Source: Mobula hypostoma (lineage: Eukaryota). Taken from it: a stretch of DNA of 64,000 nt. Positions 25,911-39,460 of the stretch are shown here, one piece after another. Where the stretch lies: contig NC_086119.1 of assembly GCF_963921235.1 (NCBI RefSeq), forward strand, positions 16,988,001-17,052,000. The letters run 5' to 3'. The notes beneath the pieces were generated by a model. It saw only the letters and a list, made by a program, of their open reading frames with translations, had not been told where the DNA came from and made no database searches. Both the position numbers and the translations under genes were made by a program. Every line of letters starts with the position of its first letter. The first letter of the stretch is position 1.

Positions 25911-26729
25911 TAATTACATGATTAAACTAGGTACAGGGAAATCATAGCCATTGACACATAGTTCATCACATTTTGTTTTACCTGTTTGGGGAGTTCTGTG
26001 CATGAACATGATGTTGGACTAGTCCTGTTCCTGTTTCCTACGTTCACTTGAACCAGGAACTTTATAGCTGCATTTCAATGGCAGAGTAATAACAAATCTT
26101 GGAAGTGTATTACAGAAAAGTAAACTCATATAGTAACGTATCAAAAGTAAAACTGACACAAGTGTTGGGATTATCCAATGCAGTTTACGTAGGAGTTCAC
26201 AGCTGTTGTGTATTGCTGTCTGAGCTGTGGCTGCACTGAGCCCTAACACCATCTGTCCGCTACTTATAATTAGTTGAGTGAGAATGAGTAAACAAGGCAA
26301 GGAAGCTATCAGTGTCTAATTTTATTGAAGTATATAGTGTAATTTCTTCGGTGCTAGGGTTGGGGTGACCTGTCTTTTTGCTATTTAAGTGTCTTTCAGA
26401 CTGAATGAACATTTTAATGTATAATATAACCAACCAAAAACTTAACTGCTTTCACTCACAGGCTTTATTGTTACTCTTTACCTTTCCACAATGCCTTATT
26501 GTCCCTGCTGTTAGTTCTTTCTTCCAATCTGTTTCTTGAGCCTTTTGCAGTGCACACATTGACACATCAACATCAACAGGCATACCAACAGGATCCTTGT
26601 CAAGACCTTTCAATATGAATACAATGAAATACAATTACTCTACTTTCTTCCAATGCATTTGAGAAATTGTAGGCTTTGTTCAACTTATTTAGTAATAATT
26701 TTTAAATGTTGAGCAAACTCTTTTAAGAC

Positions 26730-27510
26730 TTGAGTCTCAATCTGGACAAGACTAAAGAGGTGATAGTGGACTTTTAAAAGGTGGGGGCTGACTATTCACT
26801 ACTCACTGCACATAAATGGCTCCTCTGCAGAGCGAGTTAGGCGCACGAAGTTTCTGGCAGTGCACACAACAGACCATTTCACCTGGTCCCTCAACACCAC
26901 CTATTTGGTCAAGAAAGCACAGCAGCATTTCCTGCAATTCCTTAAAGCAAGTGAGGCTCCACCCCCCCCCCCACCAAAATTCTAACCAAACCAATGGAGC
27001 ACTATTGGGAATGTCCTGATCAGCTGCATCACCATCTGGTACAGGAGTTACAAGGCATCTGACTGCAAGTCCCTAGAAAGGATCATCAAGCTCTCTCTTC
27101 CACCCACCAAAGACATTAATCAGGAGAACTGCATAAGCAGGGGCCTTAGCATTGTCAATGATCCCTCCCATCCGACCAACAATCTCTTTGACCCCCCATC
27201 ATCAGGCAGGAACTACTATATCATTAGGTCAGAGACTGTTAGGATGTGAAACAGCTTTTTCCCCCAGGCCGTGAAGCTACTGAACACCCAGCCACTACCC
27301 AGGTCTCGTGACGTATGAAGCATTATACTGTTTTCTTTTTAACTTGTGTCATAAAGACACCTTATTAGTTGTTAATTTATTTGTAGTAATATTCAAGTGT
27401 TGTTGTGTGAGTGATATGTACCATGTTGTGCACCTTGGTCCAGCGAACATTGTTTCGTTTGGCAGTATACATGTGTATGGTTGAATGACAATAAACTTGA
27501 ACTTAGGATC
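26730..27510 (+). mobile_element. Rex-Babar-like LINE 3' fragment (another subfamily)
   Basis: GACTAAAGAGGTGATAGTGGACTTT (TKEVIVDF), CCATCAGGCAGG motif, tail AATAAACTTGAACTT. Confidence 0.7.
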
Positions 27511-27650
27511 AGAAATTGGTATTCAAGGATAAAAGACATTTCTGACACAACATTGCACTTATTAAATGTAGATTGTGAATATTGTGTTACTGTTTGCTTG
27601 TTTTCTAACATTATCTTTGGGTACTTCTAGAAACCAGATAGACAGGTGAG

Positions 27651-27751
27651 TTAGTCCTGACGAAGGGTCTCGGCCTGAAACGTCGACTGCGCCTCTTCCT
27701 AGAGATGCTGCTTGGCCTGCTGCGTTCACCAGCAACTTTGATGTGTGTTGC
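27651..27751 (+). mobile_element. 101-bp Penelope-pLTR-derived mini-insertion with 12-bp TSD
   Basis: Flanked by TAGACAGGTGAG at 27639-27650 and 27752-27763. Confidence 0.85.
27653..27688 (+). ncRNA. Minimal type I hammerhead ribozyme motif
   Basis: Stem I AGTC/GACT, core CTGACGA, stem II AGG/CCT, GAAAC, GTC cleavage triplet; loop-less palindromic stem III (ACGT). Confidence 0.8.
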
Positions 27752-29044
27752 TAGACAGGTGAGCTTGCTTTTGACATGAGCACTGGAGAAATCTTTACAC
27801 CTTAATCAGCTTTCTTCAAAGTTGGCATTGAAATGCTTTTCCCTTTTTCATGATCAGCCAATATTTTGTGAAAAGAAGACACAAGTAATTATGGGAGTCA
27901 ACATGGTTTATTGGGGAAATGCATCAGATTCTTCGATGAGAAGGGAAACCTATGGTTAGAACGAATTGGGAGCAGTTCTAGGACCACTTCTTGGAACGGT
28001 TATATAGGTTTTGGAGTAGATCCAGCATAGATTTACCAGGATTACAACTGAATGGCAACTGTTAAATTGCAAGGAGAGATCATATAAGCTCAGGTTATAA
28101 ACTGTCATAGTCAAGGGGTTAAAACAGCTGCCACGGAGTAGAAGAATGGACTTTACATAAGCCTTAACAGACATTTGGAGCTTGCTTTATACATGGATGA
28201 TTAAAGTTTTGGGAAGTTTCCTGACAATTTTAGGAAATAATTGAAGGAGCAAATCACCAATATGAAGTGAGCACAGGATTTTGAATCAGGAGTTTTGAGA
28301 AGTTATCAATGGCAATGAAGTCTATGAAATAAGCAAATCTACAGACTGGAGAACCAGACCTGAATAAGATAAGAGACAATACTCCAATGCAACTTTTTCT
28401 CAGCTTGATTAAGCTGCAGTAATGGAATTAAGAAGTTAGCTTCTTTTATTAAGTCTCAAGGTCTCAGGGACTGAATAAATTGGAAGTAACAAGATAGTGG
28501 CCAGCTGTTCATAGTGAGATAAGAAACATTGGGTCGACTCAGAGACATCTTCAATGACATCCAGGACCTCAAAGGCAGTGGAAGAGCTGCCTATTACTCT
28601 TGTAATAATGAATAACTGGAGGCCTGGGTTAAGACTGAGAAATACTTAAGTGATGATTCCTGATTAAGACACCACTTAGGGAATGAGGCCCTTTATAAAC
28701 TGCTGAGGGCAATCAAGTAAATCCATGCTTCTCTGTACCTGAAAAGGCTCAGTACCAATAATTAGAATACTACACGTGGAGAAGTGAAAGTGAATGTGAA
28801 TCTGTGGCAACAAATTATTCAGCCGAAACAGGAATAAAGATGACCTTAGCCATTGGATCCGGACTGGACTGTCAATGTATTACCATCTGATTGAAGGAGA
28901 ACAGAGACGATAGGAGAGATATAGATCTTGGAAAATGGATTTATCTCCTTAGCAAATGCTGGAACAACACAACATCACTGAGAGACCCCAGCCTAACACC
29001 TACAAGGAGAGACCCTGAATGTGGGGCTCAGAGAAGATAGATAA

Positions 29045-29136
29045 ATCACTTTGTGTTTTTAAAGATAGTATACTGTGCAAGGTGCGAGACATAGACTGAT
29101 CACTTTGTGTTTTAAAAGATAGTATACCGTGCAAGG
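29045..29136. repeat. Direct repeat of a 38-bp unit, 54-bp period
   Basis: ATCACTTTGTGTTTTWAAAGATAGTATACYGTGCAAGG at 29045-29082 and 29099-29136. Confidence 0.9.
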
Positions 29137-29729
29137 CATTTGCATGTTGTCTTCGCAATTAAGAATTTCAATAAAGCCAAGCACACCACTCACCAGTTGT
29201 CACTTCTGTGTCTCTAAGTCAAATTTGGCACAACAGTTTGCTGGAATTCAGGCTAAAGTATGACTTGATGAACATTTTCAAACTAGTCTGGTATCTTGCT
29301 AAGCATAACAGCACAGAGTGCTAGTTCATTATTTTGCTTGGCGGTCCTGCAGACTGAGAACTCACAGGTATGTTCACCCTGCCACCATTCTTTAAAAAAA
29401 AGACACTAACTTGGGTTGCATACCTCAATGGCAGGCACCTGAGTGAATCCCAGGCCTCTGCTGGTGCCCCTGCAGCAATGAATTGTCACAGGGAGACCCA
29501 GATCTCAGTTCTGAATGACAACACTACTCACCTCAAACCATTGTCCTCACTCAGAGGCAATCTCCCCAGTCTGATTCATCGCTGAAATGAATCACAGCAA
29601 CACAGTGATACAAGGTTATCAACAGACCAGCACTGTCAATAGCACATCTCCATATATAATGCCATAGTGACTCCTTTTGGCACTGATTCCATGAATGCTC
29701 TCTTTCCTGGGAACAGAGAGTTAAGCGAG

Positions 29730-30340
29730 GTATCAGAATCAGGTTTAATATCACCAGCTTATGTCATGAAATTTGTTAACTTTACAGCAACAGTACAATG
29801 AAATATATGATAAAGAAATGTATCATGTATTCTAGAGAAAAAATACTGAATTACAATTAAGTACATATGTCTATTAAACAGTTAAGTTAATATAAGTAGT
29901 ACAAAACAGAACATAAATAAAAATGTAGTGAGGTAAAGTTCATGGGTTTAATGTCCATTTAGCAATCGGATGGCAGAGGGGAAGATGCAGTTCCTGAATC
30001 ACTGAGTGTGTGCCTTCGGGCTTCTGTACCTCCTTCCTGATGGTAACAACGAAAAGAGGGCATGTCCTGAGTGGTGGGGGTCCTTAATGATGGACACCAC
30101 CCTCCTAAGGCACTGCTCCTTAAAGATGTCTTGGATACCGCAGAGGCTGGTACCCATGATGGAGCTGACTAGCTTTATAAATTTCTGCAACTTACTTAAA
30201 TCTCGTGCGGTAACCACCCCCCCTCCATACCAGACGGTGATGCAGCCAGTCAGAATGCTCTCCATGCTACATTTGTAGAAGTTTTTGAGTATTTTAGTTG
30301 ACAAATCAAATCTCTTCAAACTCCTAAAGAAATATCTCAG
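29730..30340 (-). mobile_element. Rex-Babar-like LINE 3' end
   Basis: 'NFYKCSMESILTGCITVWYG…IIKDPHHSGHALFSLLPSGRRYRS'. Confidence 0.85.
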
Positions 30341-33300
30341 TGGCACTATAGGACAGAACGAGTGTAAATATTTCAGATGTTTGGGGTGTTCCGGATGAGA
30401 GATTATAATCCAGCAATTAGAATTAGAACTTTCAAAGGTGAAGCTAGGAAATACTTGTACACTCAATGATTGGTTAACATTTGGCACATATTCTACAAAG
30501 GCAATTCATGCTTGGTTAATGATTCATTTCAACTTTTGAGAATTGATGGATTTTTGCAGTCCAAAATTTTTCAGGAATATTGGAGAAGTAATTTACAGAG
30601 TTAAGTTATTAATCAACATTGATCTCATCAAATAGTGTAAGTAGGTCATGGGACTAAATAGCTTGATCTACTCCATGTCTAGAACACTGCTTGCCAATAT
30701 TTTGCAAGTTTACAAGATGACATCGGAAGCAAATTCTGTACAAAATAATTTTACTTATGTAGCTGTGTACTGTGGGCACAGAGCTTGGTTTGAATGTGGC
30801 TTTTAGCTTTCCTTATGTTTGTTGCTTTGGAGAAAGCGACTGGAATCAGATAGGTGACGATGTATAAAAAGCCTCTAATTTGATCTGCATTTTTTCCAAA
30901 GAGAAGTTTATCCAAATAAACTTAAGACTCTGCATAATGAATGGGCTATTCTTAGTATTCCTTCAGCTAAGTTGTGCAATAACACTTCATTCTATGTAAC
31001 AATTCTTTAAATGCAGGATCCTATTTTGAGTGGCAAATACACTGTTTCTGCTTTCTCCTGACTTCCATACCCCTATAAAAATATTCACTGTCCTTAAGAA
31101 CAACACACAGCGGGAATATAGTATCAGCTTTCTCTCCTCAGCCACCAGATGATTTCTTAACGGTCCATGAACACTACCTCACTATTTTTCTTTCTTTTTG
31201 CAATATTTACTCACTATTATATTTCTTTTTGTAACTTCTAGTTTTTTAAAAACGTATTGCACTGTACTGCTGCCACGAAACAACAACTTTCATGACATGT
31301 CAGTGAAAATAAACATGATTCTGATTCAGAAATGGCAGAGAAAAAAGAGTTAACATGTTAGATCCGTGAAGTTTAATCAGAAACCTGATGAAAACTCATC
31401 AACCTGAAAAATAATCTCTGCTTTTCTTTGATTTCAGTGTGCAACATCGACAGTTTGTTGCCATTCAATTACTATTTAAATGAGATGGCCCTTAGAAGCC
31501 AGCTGAATATCTGCTTGTTGAGGGTGTGGGCCCTTGTTTGATTACACTGGAGATGAATCATACAAACCTATGTGTACTTGGCTCTTGTGAAATTGGTAAT
31601 TCAATCGTTGTGGTCCTGAATAGACTGGCCAGCTGTCCAGTGATGTGGAACACTGCTACCCAGGTTAATGCTCCCTTTATCCAATGCCAAACAGACACAC
31701 TTTCTAGCTGGGTTAATGATAGTAATCATGAGCAGGAAATATGCTTGATTATTGGTCTATTCTTTACCCAAGAAGCCAGAAGCAAATTATAACACATCTA
31801 CTATTGTCACCGCTGAGATCAATGAACTATGAAGTTTAAGCATCATTTTACCATCATGGCACAATTCCACCCTGCTAAGGACTAAAGTAAGCATGTCTTT
31901 TGGAATCTGAATGAATACCACCAAACTTTTACACCTGATGTCCACTCTCTGTCTACAAAACTTAGTGCCACGTTGGCGTGTTTCTGTCACACATTAACAA
32001 AAAAGTAAATGATATTTAAACATCATATTCCTTTCAAGGTATCTCAAAATCAAAATCAAAATCTACAGGCACTGGAAACCTAAGATAGAAAATGTTGGTA
32101 ATTGAGGAACCTTGAACTGAAATGTTACCTCTTTGCTGCCCAACCCATTGAGTGTTTCTATTTTCTGGTTTTATGTCTCAAAGTACTTTACAACTGATGG
32201 AATCCTTTGGAAGAGCTGTTACTGTTGTAGTAGCGGAAGCACACACAGCAGAGTCCCACAACAGCAACCACATCATATGCTTATCTTAAACGTGGTTGAT
32301 TGAAGATTAAATATCAGCAAGGCAGGAAAGATCATTTTTTTAAATTCTGTTTTGAAATACAGTAACAGCATGTGATCACTGCCCTGAATGAAAAACAGAG
32401 CATCACTTCCAAATGGTTTGTTCTCTTTCAGTGCTGTATTAGAGGTCATCTTAGATTTTCATGCTCAAACATTGGGATTGGAGATCTGAACTGTAATTTT
32501 CTATCCATTTTACCAATTCTTAACATTTATAAAGAGCTCTGCCTATGTACGTTGTTGTCGATGTGTGAGATCAAGCCATGATTTTCCAGTGAGTTATGCA
32601 GAAGGCTTACTGGTATTTTTTTCATTGGATATCGGGTTGGTGGGACTTGACAGAACAACAGTATGGCATGGACTAGATGGGATGAAAGTGCTCATCATGC
32701 AACTTACGTTCCTGTCACCTGCAAATTGCTCTCTGCAACATTCACAGATGTTCTGCACCAAGCCATTGAGGTTATATCAACACCTACCTCCACAAAATCT
32801 CAGTAACAAGGATGATGTTCCCAGGATATCAATGATATCAATGATATCCAGGGAATATCATCATCTCCCAGTTTACCTCCAGTAAACTTCCTAATCCCAT
32901 AGTTTGAATAACATTTTCAAGTCAAATTTCTGTTAACTATGTAACAATTAAACTCAATATGTAATCCTCACCTCATTCCTGTTTTGGGCTACACCACTGG
33001 AGATTTACTTGTATACTATAATGTCTCAATAATCATCAAATGGTTTATCATTTCTGCACTTAGCAATTAGGAAGCTTATAAATATACTCTAGTCAAATGG
33101 TCAATTAAAGCAACACTGATTGCAACGTTAAAAGGATAATAATACTGAAGTGACCCACATTAGAATAATGTCATCAGTCTTTTTACTTAGCTGTCAGAGC
33201 CCTATTCAATTTGTTTCAGCAATAACTGCAGCAAACCTTCATCACCTGTACTCGCAAATGGAGTCATTGTTATTGCATAATCAACTACAAATGATTTTAA

Positions 33301-33754
33301 AAATATATTGCCTTTGCTTCAAAAGTAATTAAAGTGTTTTGTGATATTCTGCAACAAAAGAAATCAAAGTGCTTTGTCATATCCTTAGAAAGTGTAAGTC
33401 ATGATTAAGTGCATGTTTTTTGTGTGTGTTTTTTTAAATTTAAGGTATGAAGAGTTGCAAAACCAAAACAGGTCAATAAATTTGGCAGCAATGACACAGA
33501 AAGGCACAAACCATGATTACACACATATCATTTAGAGGAAAAATTGTCTTTAAATGGAAGGAAGGACCTTTATTAAGCTCAGCATGTTAATCAGACAAAA
33601 ACTTATATTTTTCCTCATATTCCTTTGTGAGAAATTTTCCCTTGTTATTGTTCTTGTTTAAAAATGTAAAGATAAGGTTAAGGATGCAGTGTAAGAGATT
33701 AGAAGAGGTTGCATTTATTGCCTCAATTTTTAAGGCAAGAGTTTTGGTAAATTC

Positions 33755-34850
33755 TTACATCAACGACTATCACCCAGTTGCACTCACGTCTACTTGTGAT
33801 GAAGAACTTTGAGAGATTGGTCATGGCCAGAATCAACTCCAGCCTATGCAGGGATCTGGACCCACTGCAATCTCACTCAGCCTTCGATTCCCTGGACAAC
33901 AGCAATACCTACAGTACATTAGGCTGCTGTTTATTACTTGAAGCTCAGTGTTCAACACAGTCATACCCTCAGTTCTAATCAACAAGCTCCAAAACCTGAG
34001 CCTCTGTACGTCCCTCTGCAACTGGGCCCTTGACTTTCTCACTGGGCGACCACAGTCAGTGCAGATCAGAAATAACATCTTGTCCTTGCTGGCAATCAAG
34101 AATGGCACACCTCAAGAATGCCTACTTCGCCCACTACTCAACCCTCCCTACACCCACGAATACAAGTTTGCCGATGACACAACTATTGTGGGCAGAATTT
34201 CAGATGGTGATGAGGAGGTGTACAAGAGTGAGATAGATCAGCTGGTTGAATGATGTCACAACAACTCAACATCAGTAAGACTAGGGAATTGATTGTGGTC
34301 TTCAGGAAGGGGAAGTTGAGGTAACACACACCAGTCCTCATTGAGGGATCAGCAGTGGAAAGGGTGAGCATTTTCAAGATCCTGGCTGTCAACATCTCTG
34401 AAGATCAATCCTAGATCCAACATATTAATGCAATTACAAAAAAAGGCACAGCAGTGGTAATATTTCATTAGGAGTTTAAAGAGACTTGGTATGTCAGCAA
34501 AGACTCCCATCAATTTCTACAGATGTGCTGTGGAGAGCATTCTAACTGGTTGCATCACTTCACTGGCTGGTATGAAGGGACCACTGCACAGGATTGGAAA
34601 AAGCTGCTGAAACTTGGAAACTCAACCAGCTCCAACATGGTCACTAGCCTCCCCAGCACTGAGGACACCCGTAAAAAGATGATGCCTAAAAAAAGCGGCA
34701 TCCATCATTAAGGACCCATATCACCCAGGGCATGTCCTCTTCTTGTTGCTACCATCAAGGAGGAGGTACAAGAGCCTGAGGACATATATTCAATGTTTCA
34801 GGAACAGCTTCTTCCTCTCTGCCATCAGATTTCTGAATGGAAAATGAACA
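33755..34850 (+). mobile_element. Rex-Babar-like LINE RT fragment
   Basis: 'NDYHPVALTS', '[13 protein letters not shown]…[15 protein letters not shown]…[10 protein letters not shown]'; frameshifted. Confidence 0.85.
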
Positions 34851-35589
34851 CATCATATGCCATCCTATCAACTTGAGTGGCAACTTTGAGGGGTCTATGG
34901 ATGTAGACCCCAAGATCCCATTGTAACTATGACAACTTTCTATATTGTCCATAACATCACCAACCTCATGTTTCTTCCTACATCACAAAGCTATGCAGAT
35001 TAGTTAGTTAATTGGTCACTGTAACTTGCTCTGAAAGTGCAGGTGGGTGGTAGAATGTATTTGTGCTATATACCTCTGATCTACATGCACATGGTCCAAA
35101 TCCCACCATTCGCTTCCAGCGCATGTGAGTGAAATGGTTCACTGACCTGTGCCAAAACTACAGGTCCTACTTCCCTTTCTGCCAGAACAAGAGTCTTTGC
35201 AGCTCTGTCTTCCAGTTTGGAGCAATATATGCTACACCAGTGGGACTGCAAATGAAGTGCACTTGGGGTCAGGTGGGAGCCAAGAACTGAGCGCTGATCC
35301 AGGCAGCAGGAGGGAGACTTGATACTAATGTGGGACCACTGAAAGCAGCCATTTCCACCAGCTTTAGAATTAAATCTGTTGTCAGAAAAGACATTTCAAG
35401 GTAATTTTGGAGCTGAAATGCGAGCTAAAGTGTGGTGGGAAATGGCCAGAGGTCTGAAGGGCCTGTTTCCATGCTGACTCTGTAGCACTGAAGATTTCTC
35501 TTTCAATGCAGGTACAAGGCATCTCCTGGCTCAGTAACCAGCAGCTCCACCCTTCCTTCCACAACCATGAATGCCAAGTCCCCACCCTT

Positions 35590-36050
35590 GAGCGTATTCA
35601 CAAGAAGCACTGCTGCAGGAAAGCAGCATCCATCATCAAGGACCGTTAACCATCCAGGTCACGCTCTCTTCTTGATGCTGCCATCAGGAAGGAGGTACAG
35701 GAGCCTTAGGTCCCACACCACCAGGTTCAGGAACAGTTATTAACCTACATACAACCATCAGGCTCCTGAATTGGTGTGGATAACTTCACTCATTTCAACT
35801 CTGAATTGATTCCCCAACCTACAGACTCACTTTCAAGGACTCTACGAGTCATGTTCTCGGTGTTTTTTTTATTTGCAAAATGCATCTTCTTTCGCACATT
35901 GGTTAGTTGTTAGTCTTTGTTTATGTAAAGATTTTCATAAATTCTGCAGTATTTCTTCATTTTCCTGTAAGTGCTTGCAAGAAAATGAATCTCAAGGTAG
36001 TATCTGGTGACATATATGCACTTTGATAATAGATTTACTTTGATTTTGAC
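35590..36050 (+). mobile_element. Rex-Babar-like LINE 3' end
   Basis: CCATCAGGAAGGAGGTACAGGAGCCTTAGG…; shared tail. Confidence 0.8.
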
Positions 36051-37023
36051 TCTTTAATTTGTGTTTTCTTTTCACAGTTCTGATGAGGTTGCAGTCTTTG
36101 CTGTTTCTCTCACTTGCCTGACCTGCTGAGTGTTTTCAGCATTTTCTGTTTTTTATTTAATCAGTTAATTGTTTAGTTTGTTTATTGTGTAATTAGAACA
36201 GAACAAATCCCTCCTGGGATAAAGTGATGTTGGATTAGGAAAAACTGAGCAGCAATGGTTTTACAGCAGAATGTAGGGTCACCTAATCAACACACACATG
36301 AACTGTAAAGGGAGCTTGAGAGGTTTGATTCTGTAAGGATGTTTTCCCATGGGAAAGTTTAGCAATAAGGGGCACATTATAGTAGGATGAGGGGTCTTCT
36401 TTTTTAAAATGAAAAAGGGAATTTGTTTTCTTCTTTGATAGTGGGGCAAATCTTGGGAATTATTCACCCTGGATAACTGTGGATGCTGAGTCATTCAAGG
36501 ATGATTTGACAGAGAAATGAGGGAGGAAGCAGCTGGCTAAAAGGACGTCTAGCTGTAGGGTGATTCAGGTGGAAGCAGATAGTCAGTGCTTGTCCAAAGA
36601 ACAGTCAAACCTAGGTATTGATAGACAGGGTTTCAGTGTTTTATTATTTAAATTAATAAAGCTTGGATGAATTGCAGGATCCTGTGGTGAGCTCCATGTA
36701 TCTGCAATCGATCTTTCTCTTTCTCCTTGTCTCTCTCATATACACACACAAAGAAGTGTCACATATAAGACATATCATACAGACATTACAAATGTTCACT
36801 TTGCTTCACGTAACAGGAAATTAATTTGTGTCCTACTATCAATGCTTTTTCCTCTGTTAGAAACTGCTGGGATGAAAGTCTGTAAGGATCACTATCATGC
36901 CCCAGCCGTTTATTAATTGATGTATCATTACTATTAATTAAAAAGTTGTGTTTCAAAGAATTACATATTTATATATTTTTATATTTTGCAGAAGGTTGAA
37001 ACAACTTTTAAAGTTTTAGTATC

Positions 37024-37460
37024 TATTTGTTTCCCTACAGCCATATAACAGTCTCTGATGCTGGGGATGATTGTTGCCAAAAGAATTATTTTGAGGGAAT
37101 GGAAATCACCCTGTCCCCCTTCCTTTCGGAGATGGATGGCTGATATGATCTCAGTCACACAGATGGAGAAACTTGGGTTCTTGAGAACCAATTCAATTAA
37201 AACATTTTTGTCTATCTGGGATCCATTTCTTGCCTACCTGGATGAGGCCAGAATGAGAAATTTCCCCCCAGCTGATTTCTCGCAGCCCTCATTTGAGATT
37301 TAATGTTTAGTATTTTTGAGCACTTTGTACAATAGGCATCCCTCTAATGTTATGTCCCTTCTTTTTTGCTTATTTCCTTTTTACACATGTCTGAGCTGGT
37401 ATGTTCTTGTTGATTTCATTGGGTTTTTTTTGAAAATTTTGAAAATAAAGTATTAAAAAG
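37024..37460 (+). mobile_element. 5'-truncated L1-like LINE with 13-bp TSD
   Basis: 'AKRIILREWKSPCPPSFRRW…MEKL…IWDPFL' resembles the fish L1 ORF2 C-terminus; AATAAA and A-rich end; TSD AAGTTTTAGTATC at 37011-37023 and 37461-37473. Confidence 0.8.
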
Positions 37461-37560
37461 AAGTTTTAGTATCCAATGATTGGAAACATGTTATCATCAT
37501 CATCATAAAACAATAGCTTAAGTTTACATTGCAATAATACTTTGTAATTTAGAAAATATA

Positions 37561-38088
37561 AAGTACTGTGAAAAGGTTTTAGGCATATATATATAGCTTG
37601 AGTGCCTAAGACTTTTGCACAGTACTGTATTTGTCAATGTGGAACAGAGAGGGAATTTGTAAATCTAGCAGGAATAAAAGATGTTGGGAATGGTGAGGGT
37701 GGACCACCATGGGAGGGGTGTGGGGCTGGTGACAGAGAAGGAGTGCCAGGGATGGAGGGTGGCACGGGTGCGAACACACCCAGCCCTCAGGCACCAGGCA
37801 AGGTCAATGTTTCCAAGCAATCGGTTTATTGATTATTACAGATTGTCTCTCTGGTGCTTCCCGCTCCCTCCCCTCTCCCGTTCCCTTTTCCCAACCATCA
37901 TTCCCCTCTCTCTGCCCCCTTCCCTCTCTCAGTCCACAATAGAGCACCATATCAGAATCAGGTTTTACATTACTCACATGTGTCACAAAATTTGTTTTTT
38001 TTTGTGTGGCAACAGTACAATGTAATATATGAAATTACAACAATATTGTGAAAAAGTCTTAGGCACTCTAGCTATATACAGTAGTGTA
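37561..38088. mobile_element. Composite of Tc1-like mini-MITEs bracketing about 410 bp of cargo
   Basis: TA-flanked 67-bp palindromic element (TIR consensus CAGTACTGTGCAAAAGTCTTAGGCA) at 37561-37627; inverted partial second copy at 38041-38088. Confidence 0.7.
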
Positions 38089-38192
38089 TATTTTATTTAA
38101 CTACTGTATAGTTTAAGGCCTTAAATTGTACAATGAATGACAGGAAAGCTGTGGCTGATTAGCAGACAAATCAGCTAACCATTACTCTACTG

Positions 38193-38503
38193 TGGGGCAG
38201 CATGGTAGCGTTGTGTTTAGTGCGACACTATTACATCTTAGAGTTCAAGAGTTCAATTCTGACGTCGTGAGCATCTGAGTTTCTTCTGGGTGTTCCGGTT
38301 TTGTCCCACATACCAAAGACATATCGGTTGGTAGGTTAATAGGTCATTGTAAGTAGTCCTGTGATTAGGCTAGGATTAAATAGTTGGATAGCTGGGCAGT
38401 GCAGCTGTTGGGGCAGACGGGCCCGTGTTGCGCGTATTCCTAAACAAACAAACAAATAAATGAATAATGTATGAATAAATAAATAGATAGATAAATAAAT
38501 AAA
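38193..38503 (+). mobile_element. tRNA-derived V-SINE-like element with (AAAT)n tail
   Basis: GGGGCAGCATGGTAGC…GAGTTCAATTC head; GGGTGTTCCGGTTT…CCAAAGACAT V-like domain; microsatellite tail. Confidence 0.7.
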
Positions 38504-38978
38504 TCAGGCAAAACAATATTCACTTTCGATTAATCACAGAAGTCCGTTGAGAGGAAGGTCAGAGACTCTGGGAGCTCTGAGAACTCGGGAGCAGCTTAGG
38601 AGGGCCAACAGTCCTGCTAGGGGGATGCTGATCGTTTTCTGAACACAAGATTGGCAGTTGGGACGACTTGGCCCATTGCTGTATAGACTACATATTGAGC
38701 GAGTTGTGATTTCTGCTGCTTCAATGGAGTGCTATTAACGGATATTTGTTTCATATGTTTTCACACATCTGGGCAAAATTTTTATTTACGTGTTAAAAAT
38801 TATCCCAAGGTTATAGAACATTTTGTTATAAAGCAATCTTAGTGAAAGTTAAAAATTGCCTTGTCTGACCTTCCTACTGTTTGTGAACTCTATGTAAATA
38901 GAGCTCCGATGTTGAAAACCTGTGCCTTCAGCCCGTGATTCTGCTGTATCTCTTGGTTTTGGTTCTTAAAGTGTAGAA

Positions 38979-39057
38979 GAGGGGTAAGCAAGCTTTTTTA
39001 CGCCATGGATCCCACCATTAACCGAGGGGTCCATGGACCCCAGATTAGGGACACTTG
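38979..39057. mobile_element. Short decayed hAT/Charlie-like MITE
   Basis: AGGGG…CCATGGATCCC…GGGGTCCATGG…CACTTG with an internal inverted repeat. Confidence 0.5.
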
Positions 39058-39159
39058 GAGAAGGGTCGCCTCTGACTGACCCTTTCAATACTTATGCATC
39101 TCTGGATGGACTGGAGAATATTTCGCAACCTGTCTGAGAACTGAGGAAGTTTTAAAGAC

Positions 39160-39460
39160 AGAAAGACTAGCTTTATTTGTCACCTGTACGTTGAAACGTA
39201 CAGTGAAATGCGTCATTGCGTCAAATCAAATCGACAAGGATAGTGCTGGGCAGCCTGCAAGTGTTGCCATGCTTCTGGTGCCAACGTAGCATGCCCACAA
39301 TTTACCAACCCTAAATGTATGCTGGCATGTGGGAGGAAGCCCATGTGGTAATGGGGAGAACGCATAAACTCCTTACAGACCACGGCAGGAATCAAACCCC
39401 AATCAGAGATCACTGGCACTGTAAAGCAATGCACCAACTGCTACACCACCGTGCCGCCTG
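39160..39460 (-). mobile_element. tRNA-derived SINE
   Basis: Minus strand GGCGGCACGGTGGTGTAGCAG…GGTTTGATTCC head. Confidence 0.7.

Noticed and set aside
29045-29136. CRISPR-like repeat-spacer pattern
   Set aside because: Only two units with a 16-bp spacer, in a vertebrate context with no cas genes.
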